Below, piece by piece: positions 52,186 to 64,000 of a DNA stretch of 64,000 nucleotides. The notes below the pieces were generated by a model, which saw only the letters and a program-made list of their open reading frames with translations, was not told where the DNA came from and ran no database searches. Positions within the stretch are counted from its first letter, which is position 1; each line of letters starts with the position of its first letter. Source of the DNA: Bigelowiella natans CCMP2755 (lineage: Eukaryota; Protista; Cercozoa). The position numbers and the translations under genes were made by a program. Where the stretch lies: contig ADNK01000640.1 of NCBI GenBank assembly GCA_000320545.1, forward strand, positions 1 to 64,000. The letters are read 5' to 3'.

Positions 52186-53371
52186 TCCATTTCGTCGATT
52201 AATGGGAGACTGGCAAAGGATCTTGAATTTCTATTTAATTCCCTCTTCAACCTTTGTTGGATTATGTCAGAAATTTCGGCAGGGGCTGGGCGCTAGCGGG
52301 GAGAAAGTGTAACACAGGATCATCGCGGGTCCTCAGTCGTTGTTACAATCTCAGATTTGTCAACTCTGTATTCGCATGCACATGGTGACAGTCTGCCTAT
52401 AATTTGCCTTACAGGGTATTGTTGGGGATCTCGTAGAAAATAGAAATATTTTTGCAGTGGTTCCTTGTTCAACTAGTCAAGCTCAATGTCGTGCATGTCG
52501 ATTGTGCATGCTGCATTGCACACAGAAGCAACGACTGCTGTGCTTGCTTGATGCTGTGCAATTCATCATGGCGTTGCAAACAACTCATGCAAATTGCATG
52601 CGTTTGCTGAGGACACCGTGCTCGCAAGTTGCAGGTTTCCCCCTCTCGATTTGTCTAGTTGTCTTGAAGAGACACCTGTTCATTTGATGATTTTGTGTGT
52701 GCACCATTGGTGTGCTTTCCAAGCTAGCAAGCAACATGCACTTGATGAAGAAGACACACATCTGTTTGGTCTCACCCCAATGTCATGTGGTTGAAGGAAT
52801 GACAAGACATGGAGAGAACGAACGAATGAAGTGATGCAGACTGCAAAGAATTGCAAGAATGAGACAATGAGAAGTGACAGCTTTGCGCGCGCGCGCCTGC
52901 GCACACACATGTTGCATGTGGCCGCCAACAACCTGCTGGCGTGCCACACGAGCGCTGTTTTCTTGAGACCAGCAAGCAGTGCCGTGGTGATGCTGTGATG
53001 CTTGCACTCTGATCATCATGAGCATTGTTCACTTGCGTGCTTGCGTGGGTGCACGGCTGTCTAGCTGCAGCTAGCTAGCTGAACGGCAGTGATCACCGTC
53101 GTCATGTGCGCCTCGCGCACACGGCTAGATGATGGACATGGCAACAGCATGCACAACACACGTGTGATGTCAAGCTACAGCAAGTGTCCATGATCTAGCA
53201 ATTGACTTGCAATCGCCAATGGGAGCTCATGCTACACAAGTCGACACGCCATCACACAAGACTCTGCGGCGTGTGCGTGCACAACGAGCTGAAGTGTTGC
53301 TCCGCGTTCAAACATTGCTAGATTGTGCAAGCAGTGACACTAGCTCGATGCAACAACACCACCGTGCCACG

Positions 53372-53470
53372 TGAACAATTGACAATGATGATGAAATGCA
53401 TTTCCAAGCTGTTGCAAGATGTTTGCAGTGTGCGAAACGCAGTGCCTCGAACTGACTTCAGTGAGGTCTA
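53372..53470 (+). repeat. dispersed ~100-bp repeat, copy 2
   Basis: Aligns to 36421-36520 and 53831-53930. Confidence 0.75.
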
Positions 53471-53559
53471 ACTGGTGAAACCAGAATTGTTCAAGAACGG
53501 CATTCTGGCCATCGAGGAGCTTGGAGATCTCCTTTTGGGACTGTGAGATCTCCTTCTAG

Positions 53560-53706
53560 GAACAATGAACAATGAACAATGAACAATGAACAATGAACAA
53601 TGAACAATGAACAATGAACAATGAACAATGAACAATGAACAATGAACAATGAACAATGAACAATGAACAATGAACAATGAACAATGAACAATGAACAATG
53701 AACAAT
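53560..53706 (+). repeat. perfect 7-bp minisatellite (GAACAAT)x21
   Basis: Direct count of 147 bp. Confidence 0.95.
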
Positions 53707-53830
53707 GAATGAACATTGATGCAAAGCCACACGAGCTAGACGAGTGAGAACCACATGGGAGACGTGCACAAACACGTGGCAGCGCCTCAGCAAAAATCAT
53801 TGCGAGGACTTGTCAGCACCCCATTGGTGT

Positions 53831-53930
53831 TGAACAAGAACAAGAACAATGATGACGAACTACATTTCCAAAATGTTGCAAGACATTTGCAGTGTGCGAA
53901 ATGTAGTGCCTCGAACTGGCTTCAGTGAGG
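53831..53930 (+). repeat. dispersed ~100-bp repeat, copy 3
   Basis: Aligns to 36421-36520 and 53372-53470. Confidence 0.75.
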
Positions 53931-54496
53931 ACTGTGACTAGCAAATCAACTAGCTGAAACTCAGCCAGCAAGTAACTGACTTTGCTAACACAACAATTCC
54001 ACAACAACACCACCATGATGAAATTTAGCCGACATTTTCCATCTGCGACTTGAAGATGGTGTTTCCATGCTTCTAATTCTTCCAATGCTCACCAGGAGAG
54101 GCAGGAGACAGGAGAGGAAACTCCAAACAAAACATAAACACCCTGTTACTGACGGTCACTTGACGCCAGTGACGGATAATGACATGGATAATTCTTATTT
54201 TCGAAGATAATGTCCGTTTTCGTTGCCTCAGTATTTCCGATTTCGTTATTTGTCACCATTTGACGAGCCATTCCTCAAAATTCGGATTATGTTTATGTCG
54301 CAGTTGGAAGAAATAAGGTATTTATGTAAAAACGGATGTAGGCACGGAATCTCGGTAGTATTGATTTCGATCATGTCTGCGATCACTTCCTGATCGGGTT
54401 CATCCCCGTCCCAAGAGGTGCACACAGGATGAACACCAAGAGGAGGATGGCATCGGATCTGTCTGGACCAGCATGCTGCATAAGATTAGTTGTAGG

Positions 54497-56532
54497 AATG
54501 GCACTGCTGTTTCATGCGGCCGCTCTGCAACCGGAGAAGGAAATAATTACGGTTTGATGATTCTTCGAATAGCGCATGATTCAGATGTCCAATGCTCATT
54601 CGAATTATCTTTCAGGAACATATCCAAGAGGGCACTTTAGATGAGATTGAAAGAAATTTGAGCTTTGGTAGAGAACTTAAAGCCAATGGAACTCTGGGAT
54701 TTAATAGCGATTATCAGAAAAATGTTACTACGTACGACATCGATGAGAAAGTGGTCGCCAGGTTGCACACCGCAGTCGCTAAAGGAGCGAAATTTGTGGA
54801 AGTGGATAATATTGAAATAAACCCATCTAATTTCGGAAAAGAAAAAGAAAATACTATCGAAGTCGACGGTGAGAAAGGTAAAATGTCCTTGCGAGACCTT
54901 GTTTTTGTTTCCCGCCCCAACGATTCTTGGCTGATATCTTCAAAGGCCTTCAATAAGTTTTCTTTTGAGTCACTGACGTGTAGAAAAATATTCTTTTCTC
55001 ATAGTCACAAAATTTCTTATCTAGGGAGGGATTCTCCCAAAGAGACTGTGAAGTCTAGCAAAATTGTGGTAGTTCACATGTTGAGACGTTTAATACAACG
55101 GAAAGTTTACATCGTTTAATTGACAATTAGTTGCTCGAAGACGGAAACGCGCAGCTGCGTCTCAACACAATCTCAACGAATCTGACTGGTACCATCCTTT
55201 TACAAGCTTTTCTTTTTGCTTGACATAGTATTGATATTGCTCTCCTCCATCACACAGAAGCTTCAGAAACGCAATGGCTGGGAACTGACGTCGTGAAAAT
55301 CTCGGTAATGTAAAATTCATCATTTTTCTAAAACTCTGTCTGCAACTTAAAGCCCAGTTTCGGTCTCCTTTTCTAAATGGGGGATTGTCGTCTATTAAGG
55401 CATAGCCAAATCTAGACTCATTCGCTCATCCTTCTCCCTTTGTGTCTGCTGTGTCGTGCCTTCCTTCACCTTCTCAGATTCTCTGTTTTCTCATTCTCGT
55501 TTCCGTCTGCCAATCGTGTTGTACGGCAGCACCATTGAGGTTGTCTCATAAGCGATGGCGTCAATTGCAACATTGGAAGCACTCGTGAGGGAGAGAAAAG
55601 GGGCGGGAGGGGGGGGGGTTGTGTGGTGACGTGTGGTTTGTCTCCTCAGCGCATGCTTCTGTAGGTACAGTCCTTATTACTACAGAAGGCAGCAAATTCC
55701 ACCACAGGTGAGTGTGCGTATGCGAGTGTGTGTTGAAGATGTAGCGATAGTTGGGGGGAGGGGGGGGGGAGATTATTGGTTGGGGTTGATCCAAGTTACG
55801 CGTAACACTGTCACGATGTCGATGTGATTGGTGCAAAGCTCTTTCCCTCCCTTCAACTCCCCCCTTTTTTTGAAAGCATTGGCCTTTTTTGCATAACCCA
55901 AAGGTGACGCTCACTGAGAAAGGCAACAGCGACCACAAGATAGCCATCCATAGGTGAATTTGATGTCCTCTTTGTTTGCCTCTCCTTCCTCCGCTTCCTT
56001 ACGCCTTACGCCATTGCTTCCACCTCTTTGGATCGATCCTTAGTTTGTCTTATGATTTCGTAGGATACTGCTGGTTGGAGAGCTCATATTGTTCTTCTTT
56101 GTCATGGTAGTCGCTTGAAGGAACATCAACACCACCACTACTACTACTACTCGTATCTACATCCCTCTTACTCACGATGAAAATACGTGCCTAGTATGAA
56201 GGAGGGATTTTGGTTTACATGATTGCCAACCATCACCGTCACCACCACCACCGTCACCGTCAACGAAACCATCATCTTGTTATCGAAATGCCCTACGCTA
56301 GCATTGTTACGCAAATACACACGGCCGGCCAATGCTGACGTTCGTCGCACGCAAATACTCAGGGAGCGCACGAGCCTATATTCCTCGGACCAGAATGGTT
56401 TATCGTGGGGCTCTGCATGACGAACGTACTACTTAGTTTCTGCTACTCAAATAGTAAATTAAGACATGCCGATTATTGATGAAAGAACAAAACCAGCATA
56501 TCCATTGAATGCGAAGACGGTTGACACTGATA

Positions 56533-56573
<41 letters not shown>

Positions 56574-57112
56574 CTACATCAACTGACCAGGTAATGCTGA
56601 ACTTCGCTTTCGGGTACGTGGGCTTTATCACCGGAGCTTCTTCCTCGGTCACCAAGAAGCTCGGCAATGAGGAGGATGTGGTAATGAGCAAGTCAAAGGG
56701 GGGGGAGAGAAAGAGGAGGAGTTGAGGGGGGGAGGAGAGAAATTGCTTGATGATTAGACAATGACCATTTAATTAACTCCCAACGATGAGCTCTGAACCT
56801 AGCAATTTTTGCAATGAAGCTGTGACCTAGAGAGTTGACACTGAACCCCCCCCCCCCCCCTTTCCCTTTTCCGTCCTACTTCTCCCCTTAGTTGACGGTG
56901 CAAACATCATACACTACCATAACCTCTCTCTTCGCCATCTTCGTTGGATCGTTCATGATTTGCGCGCTGCTGTCCGACCGGCGCATATTCTTGACGCTTA
57001 TCTTGGGTGCAAATGTCATCGGTTTTTCCTTGCTCGGATACCTATGGCTCTCGTCACATATTGGCCTGCTTCGGGTGCTAATAGCAGGAGATTGATAGAT
57101 TCGTTGTTGTTC

Positions 57113-57151
<39 letters not shown>

Positions 57152-57267
57152 GTGTTGTGTGTGTGTGAAAATGCCGTTGTTGGTTCTGTTGATGGTGATG
57201 ATGGTGATGATGATGCCGTCGATATGTTCGAAGAGGGCGCTAAATTGCAGAACGACTATATTATATG

Positions 57268-57308
<41 letters not shown>

Positions 57309-58433
57309 CAACTCTCTCCCCTCTTCTTCTTCTTCTTCTTCTCCAGTTGCTCACCTCCACAGATGATAAAGATATGGAAGCGAAGACCGCTATTCTAGGT
57401 GTGGTGTGTGCATAGAAGATAGAATGCGTCATACTCCGCACTCTGTCGCAAGTGGCGACGATTATAATCGCCTGTTGACTGTCATCAAAACCTGTTTCTT
57501 TGTTGATTATGACGCTGATTAATGAATAGGGCCGGATGCATTCCACACCCCTCGTGCCCCTTCTCCCCACCCGGTACAGCATCGTCATAATAATCCGCTC
57601 TGCAGATTCTGTCCGTCATCCCTTCTTCTCGTCCTCACGTAATTTGTTTTCAGATGACGGGAAACAGGGGATCTGCACAGCGCATTCCTAGCTACCTTCA
57701 ACAGCGACGCAAGGCGAGAAAGGGGGAGGTGGAGAGTCGCCTTCGGTAGTTATTCTAGTATTCAAATTTATACAGTGGCAAGAAGTAGCGGCATATGAGC
57801 TATGAGCTCTGAGGGAGAGACACGAAGACACACATACACATACAGAGATAGAGAGAGGGGGGGGGGGGGGAAGGGAAGGAAGAGAGAGAGAGAGAGAGAG
57901 AGAGAGGGGACTCAGCGACTGAGATGAAGAAGGGCAAGGGAATTGATGAATCTGATGATTCAACAAAATCAGGTCAATGCTATGGATTCTGGCGCCTTGT
58001 TTGATGATGTACCTCCTGAGCACGCTCATTCTGATGAGCGTCTCCGTTAACGAAGACTCTACAACAAGAGTAATACTACCTACCTAGAAAAATGATGATT
58101 GTCACCATCGTCAAAAGAACTAGCGCAGCACCGTCAGCAGCAGCGGCAGCAGCTGATTGGTTTGATGAGTGTGTGGGGAAGCTGGGATGTTTTCTGTGAG
58201 GTCTCCTGTCTGCCTTTCTTCCTTATGTGGTACATGATGTTGGAAGTTGATAATGATGGCGGCCTTGATTCACCCTCCTCCTCCTTCTTCTGTTCCTCCT
58301 CCTCCTCCTCCTCCTCCTCCTCCTCCTCCTCAGAATTATGTTCGAAACAACAAGTACAAGTATAGCCTTGCCTTCGACATGTACGTGTGGATGATTCTAG
58401 GTAAGAAGTCTCATGTTATTTCCCACATATGTG

Positions 58434-58503
<70 letters not shown>

Positions 58504-58871
58504 GCAATACATGTATTATATTTTTACACGTGTGAATTAAGAGAGAGGGAGAGAGAGAGTTTGTTTCCTGCTGCTAATTGCCTCACCAATCTCAAAAACC
58601 ATTATTATCATCATCATCATTATCAACAGATTGATAATCAATGAATATCTCTTATCCTCTTCTCCTCCGCCCCCTCAGGCTTCTATGGAGGCATTGTGAA
58701 TTGGTCATACGTGCCAATGTGCAAAGGATTCCAATTTGTCACGAACGACATCCAATATTCGGGGGAGGGTGATGACAACGATATGGGACGACAAAACAAT
58801 GAAGGTGGTAGCGTGGCTCTTATTTGTGTTGTGAACTTTACTTTGCCAGTAGCAACACTAGATTATATGCG

Positions 58872-58909
<38 letters not shown>

Positions 58910-59136
58910 TTATATCTTGTAAATTTTATGATTGGCTACTGCTATCTACGCACGTACATGCTACATTACGAACATACACACACTGTGCGGACAAACAAAG
59001 AAATAAGCGAATACTATGCGTACACCTGGCCTCTTTCCGCTCGCACCACATAACGCACATATTTTCAACACTAGGTAAGCAGCTGGTAGTAGACGGCGAT
59101 GACAAGGACACGAAGAAGGCTGAACTAGATGAATAA
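54497..59136 (+). CDS. multipass membrane protein of unknown family, multi-exon (approximate start)
   Basis: Hydrophobic exons ILLVGELILFFF, PEWFIVGLCMTN, VMLNFAFGYVGFITG, SLFAIFVGSFMICALL, MLWILAPCLMMYLLSTLILMSV, YSLAFDMYVWMILG; last exon ends KKAELDE*. Confidence 0.6.
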
Positions 59137-60690
59137 CCACCGGAAGGAACACGTTTTTTAATAGAAGATAATACAGAAGCGCGGGATTTATTTTTAGAAG
59201 GCGATTATTATCGTCTACGTTCTTGCCGTTAGAATCGCAGGTTCGACGCTTCCAACATCAGTTTTACCAGAAAACTGTTAGGCCTCCTATTATTGTTTAA
59301 CTCTAGGACTATGCACTAATAAGATGCATACATGAATGAATAAAATAACAACAAAATTTTTATTAGACTTATTAAATCCTCTCATTAGCACTACATACCT
59401 CACCATGTTGCGGGTTTCACGCATTTGGAGCTTGTGAAATGTTTGCGTGTGTAGTTTTGCAATTCTTGGGCAATCATACATGCTTGCAGTAGATCCGATG
59501 GCAAGCATCGCGCGCACGAAAGTGTATTTGTGCATGTTGTGCGATGTGCACATGCATAGATCATGCTTGTTTTGTGGGCACATGCAACGCGCACGTGCTC
59601 ATCAGGTGGACTAATGGAACACAATGGAGGCACACGCAGCAACGCACACACACGTGCTAGCGTGCATGTGCATGCACGCACACACATGTCCAGATGTGCG
59701 TGCGCATGAGGCCGTGCGCGTGCGTGCATGGCGCTGAGCACACCATGTCAATGCGAGCTTGGCTTGCCGAAAACTTCCATCACTGCACAATGTCCACTTT
59801 GCTCAACATTGCTAGATTGCTACATTGCACCGCCACAACCTTCTGTTTGGCAAAAGGCACCTGAGACTCGCTGTCTAGTGCTTGGGCAGGCAGCCGGCGA
59901 TGCTTCGTTCTGTGTGGCGTCAGCCATGATGTCGGGGTCTGCTGTGTGTCATGCATCGCTGGAGTCTCCCGTTTGTGTGGTGTTTTCCAAGGAATGTCTC
60001 CTGCTGTGTCTCGCTTGGGTGAAAAACAAACAAAACAAAAAATGAGGACTTTCGGGTCACTCAGCACCGCTGCACTTGCTTCGACACTGTCTAGCTGTGC
60101 GTGATCACCCCCTGACCCAGTGACCCCAGCAGGCCCACGACCAAAGGTCACGGCGGGGAATGAATGACAGGGAGCACTCGTCCCTGTGAACCCATCGCCA
60201 GTGAAACCTCCCACAATCTGCAGGCCCCAATTGGCAACCTCAATCAGCAAGACTCATCACTGTGAAAAGCGTTGGAACGAAAGAAACTTGATGCTGATGG
60301 ACCACATGACCAAGGTGCTCGTTTGGATGTCAAATGCCTGCGACATATGGAATTTCTTGTCTCAGAAAGCAAATATCATGTCGTGTGATGTTTTCGTTCG
60401 GAGGGTTGTTTTCGAAGAAAGCATTTTGTGACTTACCCCGAATTCATTTGAATTCTGTTGTCGCAGGGAAGGAATTCTTGAAAATTGGTCCCCTTTTTCT
60501 GGACATTGAACATCTGTGTAGTTCTCAAATCCGCCATTTTTTGCTCGGTATGAGAAGCCTTGCTTTACCTGCTTTCGGCCATCGTGCGTAAACACGCCTT
60601 CAAATCGCGAGGACGCAGCTACTTCAGTGTAGGAAAAGGTGACGCAGCACACCTCAAAGGGGCATTGGGCAGCTCCAGATCCATGGGTTC

Positions 60691-63103
60691 ATGGCGCGAG
60701 ACCAAAGCATGACACCTCTACCCTCCAGGGAACCGGTTATTGACCCTTTCAAAGGCTTGCGTATCAAGGTGCGTTTTGATGAGCCAGCTGAATGGTACTG
60801 GGGTACCATCACTCAATCGCAAAAGATTCAAAGAGAAGGCCCATGGAGGTTCCAGATCGCATACGACGACGGTACAAGAGACGAGATTTCGTACTTGAAA
60901 AACAACGACGCCGTTTCTGTGGATGCGCCCCTCCTTCCAGGCGATCTACTGCTCATCGAGTACAGCGGGGAGGGAGAGTATTTGTGCAGGTTGTAAAAAG
61001 GACGAAACAATTTTCATAATTTACAGTACAGTCTTAGTGCACCGCCTCTGACGTTGTCGGCGCATCGGTTGATATCGCTCGCTAATGTTTAGATTGATTG
61101 TTCGGGACGAATTCTGGCATGTAGAGTCCGCTGATGGGCGTTTCGAGGAAGAGGTCAAACCTCGCCTAATAATAGCTGCCGAATTGCTTTCATCGATTCT
61201 ATTTCAGCAGTGTTTTTCATTATTACAATCATCATCATTCCCCAACAAACAGGTTCCTTTCGACCCTGACAAGGACACGTGGAAGCGAGTGAAGTTCTCC
61301 GTCAAAGAGAAGAAGGACGTCGTAAGGAGGGTTTCTGAGCTCGGCGGATCGGTAGTTGGACACCCTCACCTTGCTTACTGAATATTTTAGTTTGAGAGAT
61401 GACTTACCTCCTTCATTCGAGTGAGAAACACATTGCATAAGTATATGTATGTATGTGAGCAGGCAGCTGAGAGAGTGCTAGAGATTGTACGCAGAACAAG
61501 TGCGCATCTACGGCCGCTGGTCTCCGAGGAGCTGTTGCAGCAACATCGGCAGCGGAAGAAGCAGCAGCCATTTCGTATCCGCCTCAGTCAGCTAGCAGAC
61601 CTCACATTATGGGAAATCCAAAAGTTTTTGGCAAAGCTCAAGACGAAGGCGGCGACTACGGCGAAACATAACGGGGAGGGGGAGAGAATGAACAACCACA
61701 CGGTAGCAAGCGATAGCGAGCTGTCCTCTTCAGTGGCGTTGCCGTCAACATCGTCGTTGGTATCTTTAATGAAGCAGAAGAATAAACCGCAACAGCAGGA
61801 TGATAAGAATGAGGATTTTGAGACAAACACACCAGGTTGCACCACCCCTCCTGGCATCGATAACGGTGGCGACAACAACACGGGCGGCGATAGCAAGAAC
61901 GCCTCGGATAAATTAACGATGGAGGACGAGAAGGGAAACATCAGGGAAGTAGAAACAGCCACTGCATATCGGGCGCTTACAAAGAACACGACGACAACGG
62001 CGGTGGCCATAGATGCTGCGAGCAAGGCACAGAAAGTTCAGACGAGACAAAAACGCCATGCGATGAAGACTGCTTTGCCCGCTTCTTCTTCTTCTTCCTC
62101 TTCCTCTTCCCATGTTGGTATCATTGCTAAGTCAGCGTCGATATCATTGTCCTCCTCCTCCTCCTCCTCCTCATCATCATCATCACTTAACAAAATTATT
62201 GTAAATACAACGACTGCGTCTTCGAAGCAGCAGCCGCAGCATCCGGGGGGGGAGGCAACAGAAAGGTATAATAGGCGAAAACGTTGGAAGAGTGAACAAG
62301 TGGACGATGACACAGCAACAAGCATCAGCAGCAGACTGAGGAAGAGGAGGAGACGTACGTCGTGTGTGCGTATGATAATTGTGAAATGCGTCGTTGTCCG
62401 CATTTGTTAAAATGACGACGTGCGTTGTGCTAACGCGTGCTCCCCCTATGCTTGCCATCGGTGCAGTAAGTGGTCGCACTTTCGCCATGACCACCATCAC
62501 CATCACCATCTCCATCTCCATTATCATCATCATCATTATTATCACCACCACCACCGATATCCATCACTGCAAAATGTCTGACAACCAATCTGCTGCCTTC
62601 AGCCATTCCATCCTCGAGCTCCCCTAGAGATACGAGGGAGAAGACGGATACGACAGCAGCCGCTGCTACTTCCTTCAGTGCTCCTGAGGATGATGATGAT
62701 GATGATGATGAAGATGAGAACATCTTCGAGGTAGAAGCTATCATGGGAAAACGGCGGCAAAAAGACGGCAAATTGGAGGTAATGAGCTGTCAGCGCTCTC
62801 TCTCACTCTCCCTCGCTCTCGCTCTCGCTCCCTCTTTCTCAATAATGGATATTTCCCCTCTTTCTTCTCTTTATCCCCTCCTCCTCCTCCTCCTTGACAT
62901 TACATCCTCCCCTCTTCTTCCTCCTCCTGTCACGGCATTAGTATCTGGTGAAGTGGCTGAATTTTGGCCAAGAATACAACACATGGGAACCCAAGGTACA
63001 CTTAAAAGGCGTTCAAGAAATGGTTTCTGAATTCAATCGGAAGAACGGCGGGAAGAGGAAGAACGGCGGCCATAAAGCAGGAAGAGCAGCAGCGGGGATG
63101 GCC

Positions 63104-63135
<32 letters not shown>

Positions 63136-63698
63136 GTCTGTACATGTAATATACAAATACACACGTAGCGTCAACGTGCAGATGAGAGAGTCGAAACGAG
63201 AGGTGTATCGATCTCGATTTGATGGCTACATTTGTGATGAGCGTCGCCCATCTCGTCTCGTTGCTGTGCACCTGTTTCTTCAGACCCAGCAGCCTCGTCC
63301 CAAACTGTCGCGGGAAATAGCAAAGGTCGGCTGCTTCGCTGTAGGAGTCATAATCGGCACAGTTACAATGCATCATCGTCGCGTATGTCTTGTTTCTCCA
63401 CGTTATTCGGAAACACTTGAGCGGAGACACCATCGTCTCCGACCCAAGCCGAACGGAAAGCTCTATTTTCTCCAGGATTAATGATGATAATGCCGTGACG
63501 ATGATAGTGATGTAATGATGGTGATGATGACGTATGTTACTTCCCACCGCCTTGCAAACGTTGTGTATGACAGGTATGGGCCTCTATCCGCAGCATCGTC
63601 TCGCAGTTAAAGAAACATCCCGCCTCCAAGGCCTTCATCGAGCCAATTGACTCTAACGGTGCGTAGCTGGAGGGATTATACCGATGACTGACATACGC

Positions 63699-63747
<49 letters not shown>

Positions 63748-64000
63748 TATAACTAAATACATGATGTTTGTAGATAAATATTTATTCTGAAGATATCATC
63801 ATCGTCGCCATAATCGTTTTAATCATATGATGCTTTCAAAAATTTCACAACCAAGCACTGAATCAGCGGTGGCTATACTCGAAGTTTCTGCCCCCCTCCC
63901 TCCCTCCCTCCCTCCCCCTCCCTCCTACTGCTGCTCTTCTAGCCTCATTTGCTAGGGAATACGCGAGAGTTATAAAGAAACCAATGAATTTACGGTGAGC
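60691..64000 (+). CDS. chromatin reader: Tudor-like domain(s) + chromodomain + bromodomain (truncated by window edge)
   Basis: GLRIKVRFDEPAEWYWGTI...FQIAYDDG (Tudor-like); FEVEAIMGKR|YLVKWLNFGQEYNTWEP (chromo, 62722-63030); LKKHPASKAFIEPID|..EYARVIKKPMNL (bromo, 63574-63995). Confidence 0.85.

Noticed and set aside
53468-53800. ORFs with FIVHCSL repeats, or a telomeric array
   Set aside because: These are translations of the 7-bp minisatellite, which is not a G-rich telomere motif and is internal.
1-64000. rRNA or tRNA genes
   Set aside because: None recognised by eye; tRNAscan-SE or Infernal would be needed to exclude them.

Overview
This is eukaryotic (protist-like) nuclear DNA with short GT-AG introns packed with microsatellites. 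Recognisable host genes are a SAS-4/CPAP (CENPJ) centriole gene, an S10 serine carboxypeptidase, a membrane-anchored tandem NTF2/SnoaL-like gene, a U1/C2H2 zinc-finger gene, a multipass membrane protein, and a Tudor+chromo+bromodomain reader running off the right edge. The centre (about 21.75-40.68 kb) is an accessory block. It holds three copies of one TTAA-ended transposon-like family with subterminal 67-bp and 159-bp arrays, plus a gene-dense, intron-poor virus-like insert (DUF378, D5-like SF3 helicase, 2OG-Fe dioxygenase-SET fusion). The main signal is a regional, context-specific hypermutation that converts TpA to TpG or CpA (A-to-G on either strand), the mirror image of fungal RIP. All 24 substitutions I counted between two copies of the element are of this type. 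It turned the helicase Walker A lysine into glutamate, removed nearly all Tyr codons from the viral ORFs, and also hit intergenic patches throughout the window, while intronic (TA)n runs are intact. This points to a targeted adenine-editing or mutator genome-defence system; the enzyme is not identifiable here and novelty needs a literature check. All alignments and counts were done by eye, and exon boundaries of the unknown genes are approximate.
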